DNA of 64,000 bases, from assembly GCA_030770535.1 (NCBI GenBank), contig JASVEC010000002.1:1860001-1924000 (forward strand). The letters are read 5' to 3'. Below, one piece after another: positions 26,252 through 39,051 of this stretch (position 1 is its first letter; every line of letters begins with the position of its first letter). Under the pieces are notes generated by a model. The model made no database searches. It was given only the letters and a program-made list of their open reading frames with translations, and was not told the origin of the DNA. The translations under genes were made by a program, and so were the position numbers. The stretch comes from Batkoa obscura (taxonomy: Eukaryota).

Positions 26252-27258
26252 TTGAGTTATGTTTGAATTAATATTAAAAATGTATAAAATAAACTGATTA
26301 AAAAAACTCAACTAAATTTCAAAGTGAATTTTATTTGATGATGTTTAATTTTTTAACAAAACTAAGTTTATTATAAATAACTTGCCTTTTTTATTGGTTT
26401 AAAGAAAACCGATATATTATGGAGAAATATCCCAAGACATAATTAAGGAATTTTTGGGTTGATCTTCGATTTTAATCGAGAATGATTCATAGTGATAGTC
26501 CAGGTATTAGGCCACTTAAGCTGAGATCTGGTAAGCTTATAAGTAAATATAATGATATATTAAGATATTATAGTAATAAACTGGTATGTTAATATGAAGT
26601 GTTAATATGAGGATAAGTTGAGAAAGTGTGTCGAAAAGTAAGTAAGTTAATATAGAACAATTAAAATACATCAATCTATTTATTTAGAATACAGATACAA
26701 TAATAAGGTATTGATAATTGAACAAGGATTAAGGTAAGAGGAGTTAGTGATATTTGTGCTAATTTTTATATTATTAGGATCAAGGTCAAAAAGAAATCAA
26801 AAGATGAGTGAACAAAGACAATTAAACCACAATGACGAAAAAAAATTAAATAAAACGATGTTAATAGGACTGTTTTAATATTTAATATTTAATATTTAAT
26901 ATTTAATATATCAATTAGAATACTTTATAAACATTGACTTCTGGTGGGTTTTGATTAAAATAAAGTTTGTATTTGTATCCCTTAATTTTTAATTTTAATC
27001 TTTGTAATTTTAAATCCTTTGTTTTAAAACTTATTTATGTAATTTAAATAAAATAGTCCAAATAAAATATATTAAATAAATATGTTGAGTGTAATAGAAT
27101 AAGATATCAATCATTTAAACTTAGAAATGAAAATGGCTTTAAATAGACTTTCAATAATAATAATAACAATTTATATATTATAATGTTAATTCTAGAACAG
27201 CTAAAATTATTACTAACTGGTAATAATTTTAACATTGAAAGTCTAGCTATTGACACAA

Positions 27259-27362
27259 TATTTAGGAATGTTTTTTTATTTCATCACTTTTTCCATCTTT
27301 TAAGCACTATTTGAGCAGAAAGATTGTTAATAAGATTTTTAAATAAAAAATACATTCCTATT
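27259..27362 (-). mobile_element. 104-bp MITE copy 10
   Basis: TAGGAATG..CATTCCTA termini, consensus interior. Confidence 0.8.
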
Positions 27363-27938
27363 TTATTAGTTTATTTTTCGTTATAATGAATTTTACAAAA
27401 TATAATGAAAATGAAAGATTCTTTAAAATCAAGTTTTGATAGTAATTTACTCATTTATCAATAATTTCAATCTTCATCTCAATCTAATAATAAATGAATT
27501 AATAATATTCCAATTCTAACTTGAATGATTTTCAATAGAAATCAAAAATCATTGAAATAAAATTAACATTTAAAAGATAGTTATAAAGCATGTTTTGTAA
27601 TGAAAAATACAAAATAAAAAGTTTTAAACATTAATTCATAAAATTTGTTTCTATTGTTTAAGAGAGTGAATTTTAATTGAAAATAAGTTAAAATGTCTAT
27701 TTTATAGAAAGTTATAGAAAAGTTTATAATTTGAATAATTAGGTTAAATGTTAGTTATTTGATTATTTTTGAAATTTTTTATATTGTATTTTTTATTTTA
27801 TAATAAAAGTTGTGTTTTTTATTGTAATTAAATTTAATTAATTAATTTATTTGAAATTAATCTTGTTAATATTATCTAATAAAATATCAGAATCTTTAAA
27901 TATTTTAAAAACTTAAAAGTCGATTTATTTCGGAACAT

Positions 27939-29314
27939 TTATTGTTGAATTTCACTACCAATTTTATAAGAAAAGATCTAAATTAGATTAAATAAATAAG
28001 TAACATATTATTATATTCTATTATAATAAAAATAAAATAATAACTTACTTGAGACCAATCAATTTTACTACGAGTAATAGGTAAATTTCTTCTTAAACCT
28101 TTAAAAGCATTTTGATTTAAATTTAAATAACCTTCATTTAGTGCTAATTGATATTCTTGTTCTTTAGTTGCTATTTTATCAACAATCATCTTAGATAAAA
28201 TTTCAAAGTTATTCTATAAAATTAAGTTAAATTAAATCAATCCCCTTTTGACTAGAATTCAATGTAAATGAACAAATGAACTACTTACTTTTTGTGTTTC
28301 ATTAACTTCTATCTTAACATCAAATTCTTTATTTGAATGAAGTTGGACATTTCCTTCTTCATAATAATGAACTGTACCTGAAATACTACCTTTTAGTTCA
28401 TTATTTGATACGTCATATTTCCATTCGCTTTTTAAGCGTCCATTCCTATATAAAAATTAAGATTGAATTTAATAAAATTATTAAATTGAAGTTACCAATA
28501 ATTTTTTTGACTTAATTTTAGACCAAAAATAACAAAAATAAATTGTCCATCTTGATAATAGACCATACTATCGCCATTGGGATAATGTTGTTGTTGATAA
28601 ATATTTAATTGTAACGAAAATTGAGTTCTATTTTTTGTAGTAATAATATTAAGTTTCCTCTGTTTAATTTGTTTAATTAAATAGTTTACCTCAACTCTTC
28701 ATTTTCTTCATTATGAAGATAATTTGTTTCAATAACTTCTACTTTCTATATATAAAAATGATACATTAATATTATATACTATTTTATTAAAAATCTCCAT
28801 TACCTGAGTCACTGGTTCTAAATTAAATTTAATCTTCAGTTTAGGACAATAATAAGTATCTTCTCCTAAGTGATTATATTTGGTAACAATAGTCTATAGT
28901 TGAAAAAATCAAAATCATTATCTGTTCTTCTAAAAATTTAACAATTAAAACTTACTTTATCATTATTATTAACTTCCACGACTAAATAATTTTGTTGAAT
29001 ATATAATTTTAATTTATTAATAATGAATGGTTCAAATAATTCTTCCTCTTCCTCTTTAAAAAAGCCAGTAATGTCTAGTAAATTTTAATAAATTTTAATT
29101 TTCGAAACTATTATCATTGTTTTATTTTTTTCAAATTTCAATTCTTCTTACCTCGAATAACATCATTAATTTCCCCTGGTGGTGCATCTAATAAAAAATT
29201 TGATGCTAATTCAAAGCGTTCATTTAGGCTTAATTCTTCATATTCACTTCCTTGTTCTACTTGCTCCATTTGCTCAATTTGTTCATTTTGCTCAACTGGT
29301 TCAATTTGTTCCAT
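27939..29314 (-). CDS. CAP1: F-actin capping protein subunit alpha
   Basis: FLLDAPPGEINDV near the N-terminus; HYYQDG; C-terminus [28 protein letters not shown]. Confidence 0.95.
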
Positions 29315-29460
29315 CTTTTAATTTTAGTTTTAAAGTGATAAAAATTGATTTCGTCTTCTTAATTTTTAAAAAGTGCCCATCTTTTGGATTAAACCAATTA
29401 AAAACAAATAGATAAACAATGTCTTATTAAATTTTCTAAAAAAAGTGAAAAACCTACAAA

Positions 29461-29532
29461 AGGTCCCACCGAGAATCGAACTCGGATTACAAGGATCAAA
29501 ACCTTGGGTGCTAACCATTACACCATGGAACC
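29461..29532 (-). tRNA. tRNA-Gln (UUG)
   Basis: Reverse complement GGTTCCATGGTGTAATGGTTAGCACCCAAGGTTTTGATCCTTGTAATCCGAGTTCGATTCTCGGTGGGACCT folds as a cloverleaf with anticodon TTG. Confidence 0.95.
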
Positions 29533-29778
29533 ATATTTGCTAAGATTTTTATTGTTTATATCGAGTTTATTTTACAGGATCTTTGAGAAAAATTAATGGA
29601 TTTTATAAAATATTAAATTAATTTCAAAAACCAACTTATATTATAGAAGCAAAGTAGGTCATAACAATAATATTTTTTTTATAATTAAATTTAAACTTTA
29701 AATATCTTTAAAGTAGTAACAATAATGAAAACAATAATATGAAACATAAAATATTTTATTTTATATTTTATATATTTT

Positions 29779-31543
<1,765 letters not shown>

Positions 31544-31792
31544 CTTTTATTGTTTCTTTACTATAGAATCCTAGTATAATAAAGAGTTAACTTACACTAA
31601 ACTCAAGTAAATAATTACAAATTTCGTTTCGAAATGGTTATATTATTGGTCATTGAAGCACCAATAAAAAAAGATAGAATTTCATAGTAGTAAATTGAAA
31701 ATTAAAGCTACACTACACATAAAACTATTGAATCTTTATTCACTTTTTTAATTTGATATTATTCTAACTTTTATAAAAATTTTAAAAAAACT

Positions 31793-32239
31793 ATGGTAAC
31801 TTATTATTATTTAACTAATACTATAAAAAACAACGATTTATAAATATATATAAAGCCAATTAGAAGCAGAAGCTACTGAATAAAAATGAAAAAAAATTCA
31901 ATGATTTAATTAATATTGAACTTTTATTTAGTCATCTTCCGATTCTCTTGTAGGCTTAAGTTTAATAGCCTTCGGTTTATTTGCGTTTTCATACTATACA
32001 TTTTGGGCTGTAATATTGGTAATTTGATCATCTATCTACTTATAGTTTATTAATTAATCGATAATATTTTTACTTTACAGCCTTTCTTACCATCGGATCA
32101 TTTTGCCCAATCATTTTTCCTTGGAAATGATATGGTAGTCTATGCCCCATTAACTATATTAATTGTAGGCGTAGCTCTTATTGCAGGTTTTATATCCTCA
32201 GTATTATATAAGAAAGCTAATAAGAAAAAGTCTACTTAA
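31793..32239 (+). CDS. DPM2: Dolichol-phosphate mannose synthase subunit 2 (copy 1, 82 aa)
   Basis: Exons 31793-31795, 31932-32018, 32081-32239 give MSSSDSLVGLSLIAFGLFAFSYYTFWAVILPFLPSDHFAQSFF..KKANKKKST; not in the ORF track. Confidence 0.9.
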
Positions 32240-32634
32240 TTGTAAGAATAAAATGAACTTAGTTTCGTACAAATTATGGTAATTATTTTGAATAATACAG
32301 GCTTTGCTTTAGTTTATTTTTTCTATCCATGGAAACGTTGAGGGAGAGAGTTGATTGACAGTATATTTTAGATTTCAATTTAAATATGTTAGATAAGTAG
32401 AAATAAGGTAAAAATACTCAATCTAGATCATATCATAACATAATTTGAGATAGGATATTTATTATTTTGACTACAATCATGAAAAGCAGAAAATAGAAAA
32501 ATAGTTAGAATTTCTAATAAAACTAAATTTACTATTGTTACAAATACTATATACAAAAATATTAAAAAGTGAACCTTAATAAACTATTATAAAATCAATA
32601 AATATAATAATTTCTGCTATGGTACAGTAAATAA

Positions 32635-32705
32635 GTCATTGTAGTATAGTGGTAGTACACCGCGTTGTGGCCGCGATAGCGGGGGTTCGATTCCCCCCAA
32701 TGACA
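32635..32705 (+). tRNA. tRNA-His (GUG)
   Basis: GTCATTG/CAATGAC acceptor stem, TAGTGG D-loop, anticodon loop TTGTGGC, GGGGG-TTCGATT-CCCCC T arm. Confidence 0.92.
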
Positions 32706-32812
32706 ACACTTTTTAACTGAAAAATGAGGTCTAATTCCAAACAAAAACAAAAAGAATTAATTTGAGCTGATGAAATTATCTCTTCTTTTATTTAAAAGGA
32801 ACACGGTTTCCA

Positions 32813-33358
32813 ATGAAAATATTATGTTTTGGAGATTCAATAACAAAAGGATATGCCAGTGAGTTTTCAACCTATTTCGAAGATAATACTATTTACAATG
32901 GTGGTGAGAATGGTGGATTAGTAACAGAAATGGAAAATCGATTAACTAATTTATTACTCAAGAACCAATATGATATAATCATCTTATTAGGAGGCGTCAA
33001 TGACCTTGGTAGTGATATTGAAATCAATAAAATTGTACATGGTTTCAAAAAAGTTTATCAAATTATAAATAATAATAAATGTGTGAAGAAGTTGATTCAT
33101 TTAACTATTCCATTTAATGCATTTGATAAGTTCGAATCTGAAAAAAAGAATAAGATGGAATTAAATGATTCTATTGAAAAGCAACTACATAGTGATAAAA
33201 GAATAATATTTGATTTGAACAACACTGAATTCAATTATTTAAATTTGAATGATATCGAAAGAAAGTTATATTGGGACGATAGTATTCATTATTCAAGCTT
33301 GGGTTATAAACTATTAGCTAAAAATATTTTTACCTTTTACACAAATTTACTCTCTTAA
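32813..33358 (+). CDS. SGNH/GDSL hydrolase, intronless, no signal peptide
   Basis: Blocks FGDSIT, GENG, GGVND and DSIH. Confidence 0.9.
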   Translation: MKILCFGDSITKGYASEFSTYFEDNTIYNGGENGGLVTEMENRLTNLLLKNQYDIIILLGGVNDLGSDIEINKIVHGFKKVYQIINNNKCVKKLIHLTIPFNAFDKFESEKKNKMELNDSIEKQLHSDKRIIFDLNNTEFNYLNLNDIERKLYWDDSIHYSSLGYKLLAKNIFTFYTNLLS

Positions 33359-33616
33359 ACCTTGAGACAGTTCAAATTAGATTTTACCTCTCTTTGATAG
33401 AACTCTGGGCTTTTTTTGATTCCCTTTTTCTTTCCTTTTCCCTTTTCATGCACATTTTATTTACCTTTTTAAAATCAAATAAGATATCCATATATTAAAA
33501 GAATTAGTTGCTATTCCTTATGAGATTATACCATGATTAAAGTAGAGTAGAATCTATATCAAGAGGTAACTAAAATAATTTCATGTAACGGTTGAATTAA
33601 TTCATTTAGTTAAAAG

Positions 33617-34318
33617 ATGGATAATTCAAAATATATCACCACTGCTGCTGTTGCTTCAGCCATCACTGCCCCCCTTGTTTATTATTTAACTAGTAGCTCT
33701 TATGCTAAAAAGAATAGTGTAAGTACCCAAAGTATTCAGCGTCAAGCTTTAGCTGAAGAAGCCCAAGAAGAGTTAAAAAAGTTAAAGGAAAACTTAAAGA
33801 GAAAGGAGTTGATAGAGAAGGAGTATGAGCAAGTTAAAGCAACCTTAGAAAAATATGAAAAAGAAATGAAAAAAAAGGAAGAAGAAAGTAAGTTTTTAAA
33901 CGGTAATAATGAAGATTTACAAAAAGAAGTAATTCAATTCACTGTCGAAGAAAAGAATAAATTAGAAGAGGAAATCAAACAGTTGAAACAAGAAATCAAA
34001 AAAGGTCAAGTTAATGGTATTGATACTCAAAAAGTTGATGAAGAACTTAAAGAATATAAACAAAAGTTAACTGATGCTATCAAAGAACTTGAAGAAGAGC
34101 GTAAGAAAAATGAAACCGATGGTCAACAATCTTCCACTGATTCTGCTACTATCGAACAACTTAAACTTGAATTACAAGAAGCTGAAAGTGGTAAAGCACA
34201 GAATGAAATTACCATGATCAACTTAGGTGAAAAAATAATTGATATGATACAATTAAAAAATGAACAAGCTTTAAATTGTAAACATCAAATGAAAGACCTT
34301 GAAACTAAACTCAATTAG
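33617..34318 (+). CDS. Short paralogue (233 aa) of the coiled-coil gene at 16709-17947
   Basis: First 200 aa identical to that gene, then a different 33-aa tail. Confidence 0.75.
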   Translation: MDNSKYITTAAVASAITAPLVYYLTSSSYAKKNSVSTQSIQRQALAEEAQEELKKLKENLKRKELIEKEYEQVKATLEKYEKEMKKKEEESKFLNGNNEDLQKEVIQFTVEEKNKLEEEIKQLKQEIKKGQVNGIDTQKVDEELKEYKQKLTDAIKELEEERKKNETDGQQSSTDSATIEQLKLELQEAESGKAQNEITMINLGEKIIDMIQLKNEQALNCKHQMKDLETKLN

Positions 34319-34612
34319 TTGAAAGAAGTAAAAATAGTAAAACAAGCTATCCATTCTATTGTTAATAATATAGAAGTCCTGTTTTGTTGTTGGTTTTAGA
34401 CTTTTCAATTTTAAAAATATATACCCTTGGCTTCTCCTTTTTAAAATTACCAGATGTGTTAGTCATAGTTGAATGCTCTTAGTTTTATAAAGCTTTACCT
34501 TTATTTCAAGCTTTTAGGTTTTATAAATAAATTATAGTTTAGTGATTTGATTATAGATAAATTGCTTATTTTTACTGTTTTACATAAATAGCTTATACTA
34601 GGGCAATAATAT

Positions 34613-34714
34613 ATATGGATGTATTTTTTGTTTAAGGATCTTACTAACAACCTTTCCACTCAAATAGCACTTAGAAAATAGAAAAAGTGATGAAATAGTA
34701 AAATATCCTTATAT
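34613..34714 (+). mobile_element. 104-bp MITE copy 11
   Basis: Consensus interior TTTCCACTCAAATAGCACTTA..GGAAAAAGTGATGAAAT. Confidence 0.75.
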
Positions 34715-35195
34715 AAAGAATGCTCAGAGCCAACATCACAAAATAAATAAGTTTAAAACTTCTACTGCCTAAATATCATTTATATTTTATGGTTAGTTGC
34801 TATTAAATATTAATAAAAGGATTAAAAATATAGTGCTTTAATATACTTTTTGAAATAAAATAATTAGCCCAAGATATTTACTATATTGTTATTGTAACTT
34901 TTTCATAGTTTATTACATAAGAAGTAATCTGTTTTATCTTTTACACTTAAATTAAACTTTTTAACACAAAACTAGTACCATCTAATATCTAATTTATGTT
35001 AGTTTGTATTCTAATTCTATAATATTTTGTTTATTATTATACTTTAAAATACTCAAAAGCTTATGAAAACACTGAAGTATACATATAGCATTATACTAGG
35101 GTTATAAAGACTTATAAATGTTTTATACTATAACGTTATATATGTTTAAAACTTAAGGAAAATAATTTAAATTAGATAATATTTTTATTAATAAA

Positions 35196-35873
35196 TTAAT
35201 GGTATGGGGTAGCGTTATTATAGCCATTGAAGTTAGTACCTGCACCAATGACACCAAGTCCAGTGGATGAGCCATAGTTATTAGAAGAGCCAACAGATCC
35301 AGCTCCAGTAGCAATGATACCAACACTATTACCTGCATTAGTACCTGAATATGGACCAAGAGATTGACCATAACTTGTTCCTGAACCAGTAACACCTGAT
35401 GAGTTAATGGCATTACCTTGGGAAGCTTGGAAATTGGTAGATGATCCAAACCCAGCAGTTCCTAAAGTAAGACCAGAAGTAGAACCAGTACCAGCAGAAC
35501 CTGCATAATTACTAGTACTTCCAAAAGAAGATCCTACATTAACAAGTCCAGAACTACCAGTGGCACCAGAAATAGCATTATTACCAGATGAGAAGTTGTT
35601 GCTATATGGAGTAGCAGTACCTCCAGCTACACTAGAGCTAGCACCAAAAGACGAGTTTGGTCCTGAAGCGATACCAGCTGCAGTACCAGTACTGGTACTA
35701 GAGCCACTTCCAGCTGCTGAACCAAAAGATGAATTTACAGCAGCACTCCCTCCATTAGTGATACCACCAATAGCACCTGAACCACTAACTTGAGATACAG
35801 AATTATCTGGGACTGGAACAGCAAGGACAGAAGTCAAAGCTAAGACAATCATGAAAGGAATAGATTTAACCAT
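35196..35873 (-). CDS. Secreted Gly/Ser/Asn-rich protein, copy A
   Basis: Signal peptide MVKSIPFMIVLALTSVLA-VP; Cys-free mature region almost without charged residues; TATA box (TATATAAA on the minus strand) at about 35965-35972. Confidence 0.85.
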   Translation of the reverse strand: MVKSIPFMIVLALTSVLAVPVPDNSVSQVSGSGAIGGITNGGSAAVNSSFGSAAGSGSSTSTGTAAGIASGPNSSFGASSSVAGGTATPYSNNFSSGNNAISGATGSSGLVNVGSSFGSTSNYAGSAGTGSTSGLTLGTAGFGSSTNFQASQGNAINSSGVTGSGTSYGQSLGPYSGTNAGNSVGIIATGAGSVGSSNNYGSSTGLGVIGAGTNFNGYNNATPYH

Positions 35874-36188
35874 TTTGTGAATTAGAGTGATATTAATAAT
35901 TTTTATAAATTAAGAGATAGATAGAATTGCTTTTTGATACTAAATGTTGATGTTATTTTTTGAGTTTATATATTCATTTTTTAAGGCTTTTAGTTTTATC
36001 TTTTAATAAGGGTCTGTTTTATAATATTATAAATAACCTTCATTCAACTGTGTGTTAGGTGTAGTAAGTAGCTTTTTCTTCCTTGTTATATGTCTTTTTA
36101 GATTATTTTCTCCCGCTTTCCTTAGTTTTAAATTTCCCCTAATTTTCAATTGATTACCTTAAATCTAGTACTCAGCTTTAATATACAC

Positions 36189-36347
36189 CTGTTGTGGCTC
36201 TTTTGTGATCTAGTTAACACTCATTTAAGAGGAATTTCTATTCAAATTCAATCAAAAATATTTGTATCATGCTTCAAAAAAACTGACTATATAAATAGCC
36301 TAACTATAAAAATCCCCACTAAATAAATCACAAAAGAGCTACAACAG
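36189..36347. repeat. 21-bp inverted repeat (1 mismatch) with a 117-bp spacer
   Basis: CTGTTGTGGCTCTTTTGTGAT at 36189-36209 vs ATCACAAAAGAGCTACAACAG at 36327-36347. Confidence 0.85.
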
Positions 36348-36759
36348 CTTAATTAAACTAGTCTAGCCTTTATAAGCGCTAATTTTTTAACCATGTTATG
36401 TTAAACATTTAAGTTAAAATAGTTAATTAGGCTGGGTGCATTCGTAACTTTTAAAATTTTTTAAACATTTAAACCTTATTTTTCAATATAGTAAAATTAT
36501 TAATTTATCTTCATTGTACATGATGTCGTCAGTTATTGTTTATTTCTTAATACTATTTTTTAAATTTATAGTTTAAGGATCTTTTTGATTTTATTTTGGT
36601 ATGACATGAATGTGAATAGTTAGTTATCTAGAGAGAGACTAAGATGAATGTATATAGTTATTCAATAAACATCAGAATATTGCTTTATGTTTCACTTTTT
36701 ATCTCATAATCTAGCACAGAAATAAAAAATATATCCTCAAATACTCAAATAGATAAGGG

Positions 36760-37320
36760 GATTCCTATATTTTCTAACTCTTAGAGGCTTATAAGTCTGT
36801 TTTTATTTACTATAATAAAGGAGTATTCTAAAAATAATTCAATAAAGTTAAATGTAAGACAGCTAAATAGTATTGACAGCCAGGATTAGATTCATAATTT
36901 TAGCTGTTTAACAATTAGATATCCTTTATGGAATCTAGGAACGGACTTTTAATCAAATGAGGTTCCTTTGTGAGAGTGCAGAGATGATATTGTAACTATT
37001 AGGGTGAGGAAAAAATGGAATTGAGGTAAACAGACTGAAAATTTCTTAAGTTCTAGTAGTAATAGAAGGGGCTTATAATAACTCTAGAAGTTGAATTAGC
37101 AAGAAAATAGCTCATGAAGTCGGAAATGAAACTTGAGAGAACAGTTTAAGCTGAATTAAATTAAACCAGTTTCCGTAGACTATGGGCAAACAGTACATTA
37201 AATGAACCTGTGGAACTTATTACTATTAATTTTACGTAAACTCAATTAATAAACTCACTAATAACTTTCAGACTTAAAGTCATTTATTTCCAACATGTAT
37301 AATGTAAGTATAGCTTTAAA
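36760..37320 (+). mobile_element. Decayed non-LTR (LINE-like) retrotransposon ORF2 C-terminal relic
   Basis: Stop-riddled reading LEAYKSVF..AV*QLDI/FMESRNGLLIK..LITFRLKVIYFQHV*CK resembles the post-RT region of LINE ORF2; recognised by eye, not searched. Confidence 0.45.
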
Positions 37321-37464
37321 ATTAGAAATTAGTAGCATTCAGTTTATTGTTTAGTTTATTACTGTTTACTATTATCCGAAATATAATTTCTCTGTAAAAC
37401 TATAAAATACTTTAACGGATGAAAAAAATAATGACTTAAATTAGATAATATTTTTATTAATAAA

Positions 37465-38142
37465 TTAATGGTATGGGGTAGCGTTATTATAGCCATTGAA
37501 GTTAGTACCTGCACCAATGACACCAAGTCCAGTGGATGAGCCATAGTTATTAGAAGAGCCAACAGATCCAGCTCCAGTAGCAATGATACCAACACTATTA
37601 CCTGCATTAGTACCTGAATATGGACCAAGAGATTGACCATAACTTGTTCCTGAACCAGTAACACCTGATGAGTTAATGGCATTACCTTGGGAAGCTTGGA
37701 AATTGGTAGATGATCCAAACCCAGCAGTTCCTAAAGTAAGACCAGAAGTAGAACCAGTACCAGCAGAACCTGCATAATTACTAGTACTTCCAAAAGAAGA
37801 TCCTACATTAACAAGTCCAGAACTACCAGTGGCACCAGAAATAGCATTATTACCAGATGAGAAGTTGTTGCTATATGGAGTAGCAGTACCTCCAGCTACA
37901 CTAGAGCTAGCACCAAAAGACGAGTTTGGTCCTGAAGCGATACCAGCTGCAGTACCAGTACTGGTACTAGAGCCACTTCCAGCTGCTGAACCAAAAGATG
38001 AATTTACAGCAGCACTCCCTCCATTAGTGATACCACCAATAGCACCTGAACCACTAACTTGAGATACAGAATTATCTGGGACTGGAACAGCAAGGACAGA
38101 AGTCAAAGCTAAGACAATCATGAAAGGAATAGATTTAACCAT
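37465..38142 (-). CDS. Secreted Gly/Ser/Asn-rich protein, copy B
   Basis: Protein identical to copy A; DNA appears identical over 37436-38241 vs 35167-35972. Confidence 0.85.
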   Translation of the reverse strand: MVKSIPFMIVLALTSVLAVPVPDNSVSQVSGSGAIGGITNGGSAAVNSSFGSAAGSGSSTSTGTAAGIASGPNSSFGASSSVAGGTATPYSNNFSSGNNAISGATGSSGLVNVGSSFGSTSNYAGSAGTGSTSGLTLGTAGFGSSTNFQASQGNAINSSGVTGSGTSYGQSLGPYSGTNAGNSVGIIATGAGSVGSSNNYGSSTGLGVIGAGTNFNGYNNATPYH

Positions 38143-39051
38143 TTTGTGAATTAGAGTGATATTAATAATTTTTATAAATTAAGAGATAGATAGAATTGCT
38201 TTTTGATACTAAATGTTGATGTTATTTTTTGAGTTTATATACCATTGCTTTAAGCCTTATTTTTGATTATTCCTTGGGTGTCAAGTTAGGTTTGCTCTCC
38301 CCCTAGTTTTTGTTTAATATAATTTTAGATATTTTCTTCTAGAATTTTAAGGATTAGTTAAAATTGTGTTTGTGTTTAGATATTTTTTTACATTTTTTCT
38401 ACCCTCTTTTTTTTTAAAAATTGTGTTTATAAATTGGTTACATTACATTATCAAAGTCCATTGCTCAAAGTAATAAATTTTTGTAGTTTTGGTAAACATG
38501 GCTGTTTTAAATAGCGAAAAGTAAAGCTAAATTTATAATAAGGTTAAACCGTTTATCTGCCATACTTATTAATTATATACCATATTTAATTTAATATGTA
38601 AAATAATAGAATAGGATTTTTGCTAACATTATTTTATATTAATTTTTATATAAAATTTATTTAAGAGCATAGTTTAGATATTTTTTTGCTTTACAAAATT
38701 ATTAATTTAAATCTATTAACTCAATTAACTTGCATAATTTTTTTAGCTACACTAGCTAATCCGCCCATCAACTTTTAGTCAATTATTTGACCATTATGCT
38801 ACCACACAAGTAAAGTGTATATTGAATCTAAAGATTTTAAAATTTAACTACGAAATAATTCAAAGCCCCTTATTAACCCCTCTATGTCAATAGATTTACA
38901 TAAAACCAACTCAGGAGACTAAAAGATTAACTTAAACGCTTAAGCTAGTAGTCAAATTTAAAAGTATAAATGGAGCAAAAAGAATACCAAACCTAGCATT
39001 CAAAAAAAGTATCTTATAACAATCATTTAATTTATTTACTAATATTCAATA

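Noticed and set aside
36781..37200. TGA-as-Trp reading as a NUMT or endogenous mitovirus
   Set aside because: TAA and TAG stops are also abundant, and no mitochondrial or RdRp motif is recognisable.
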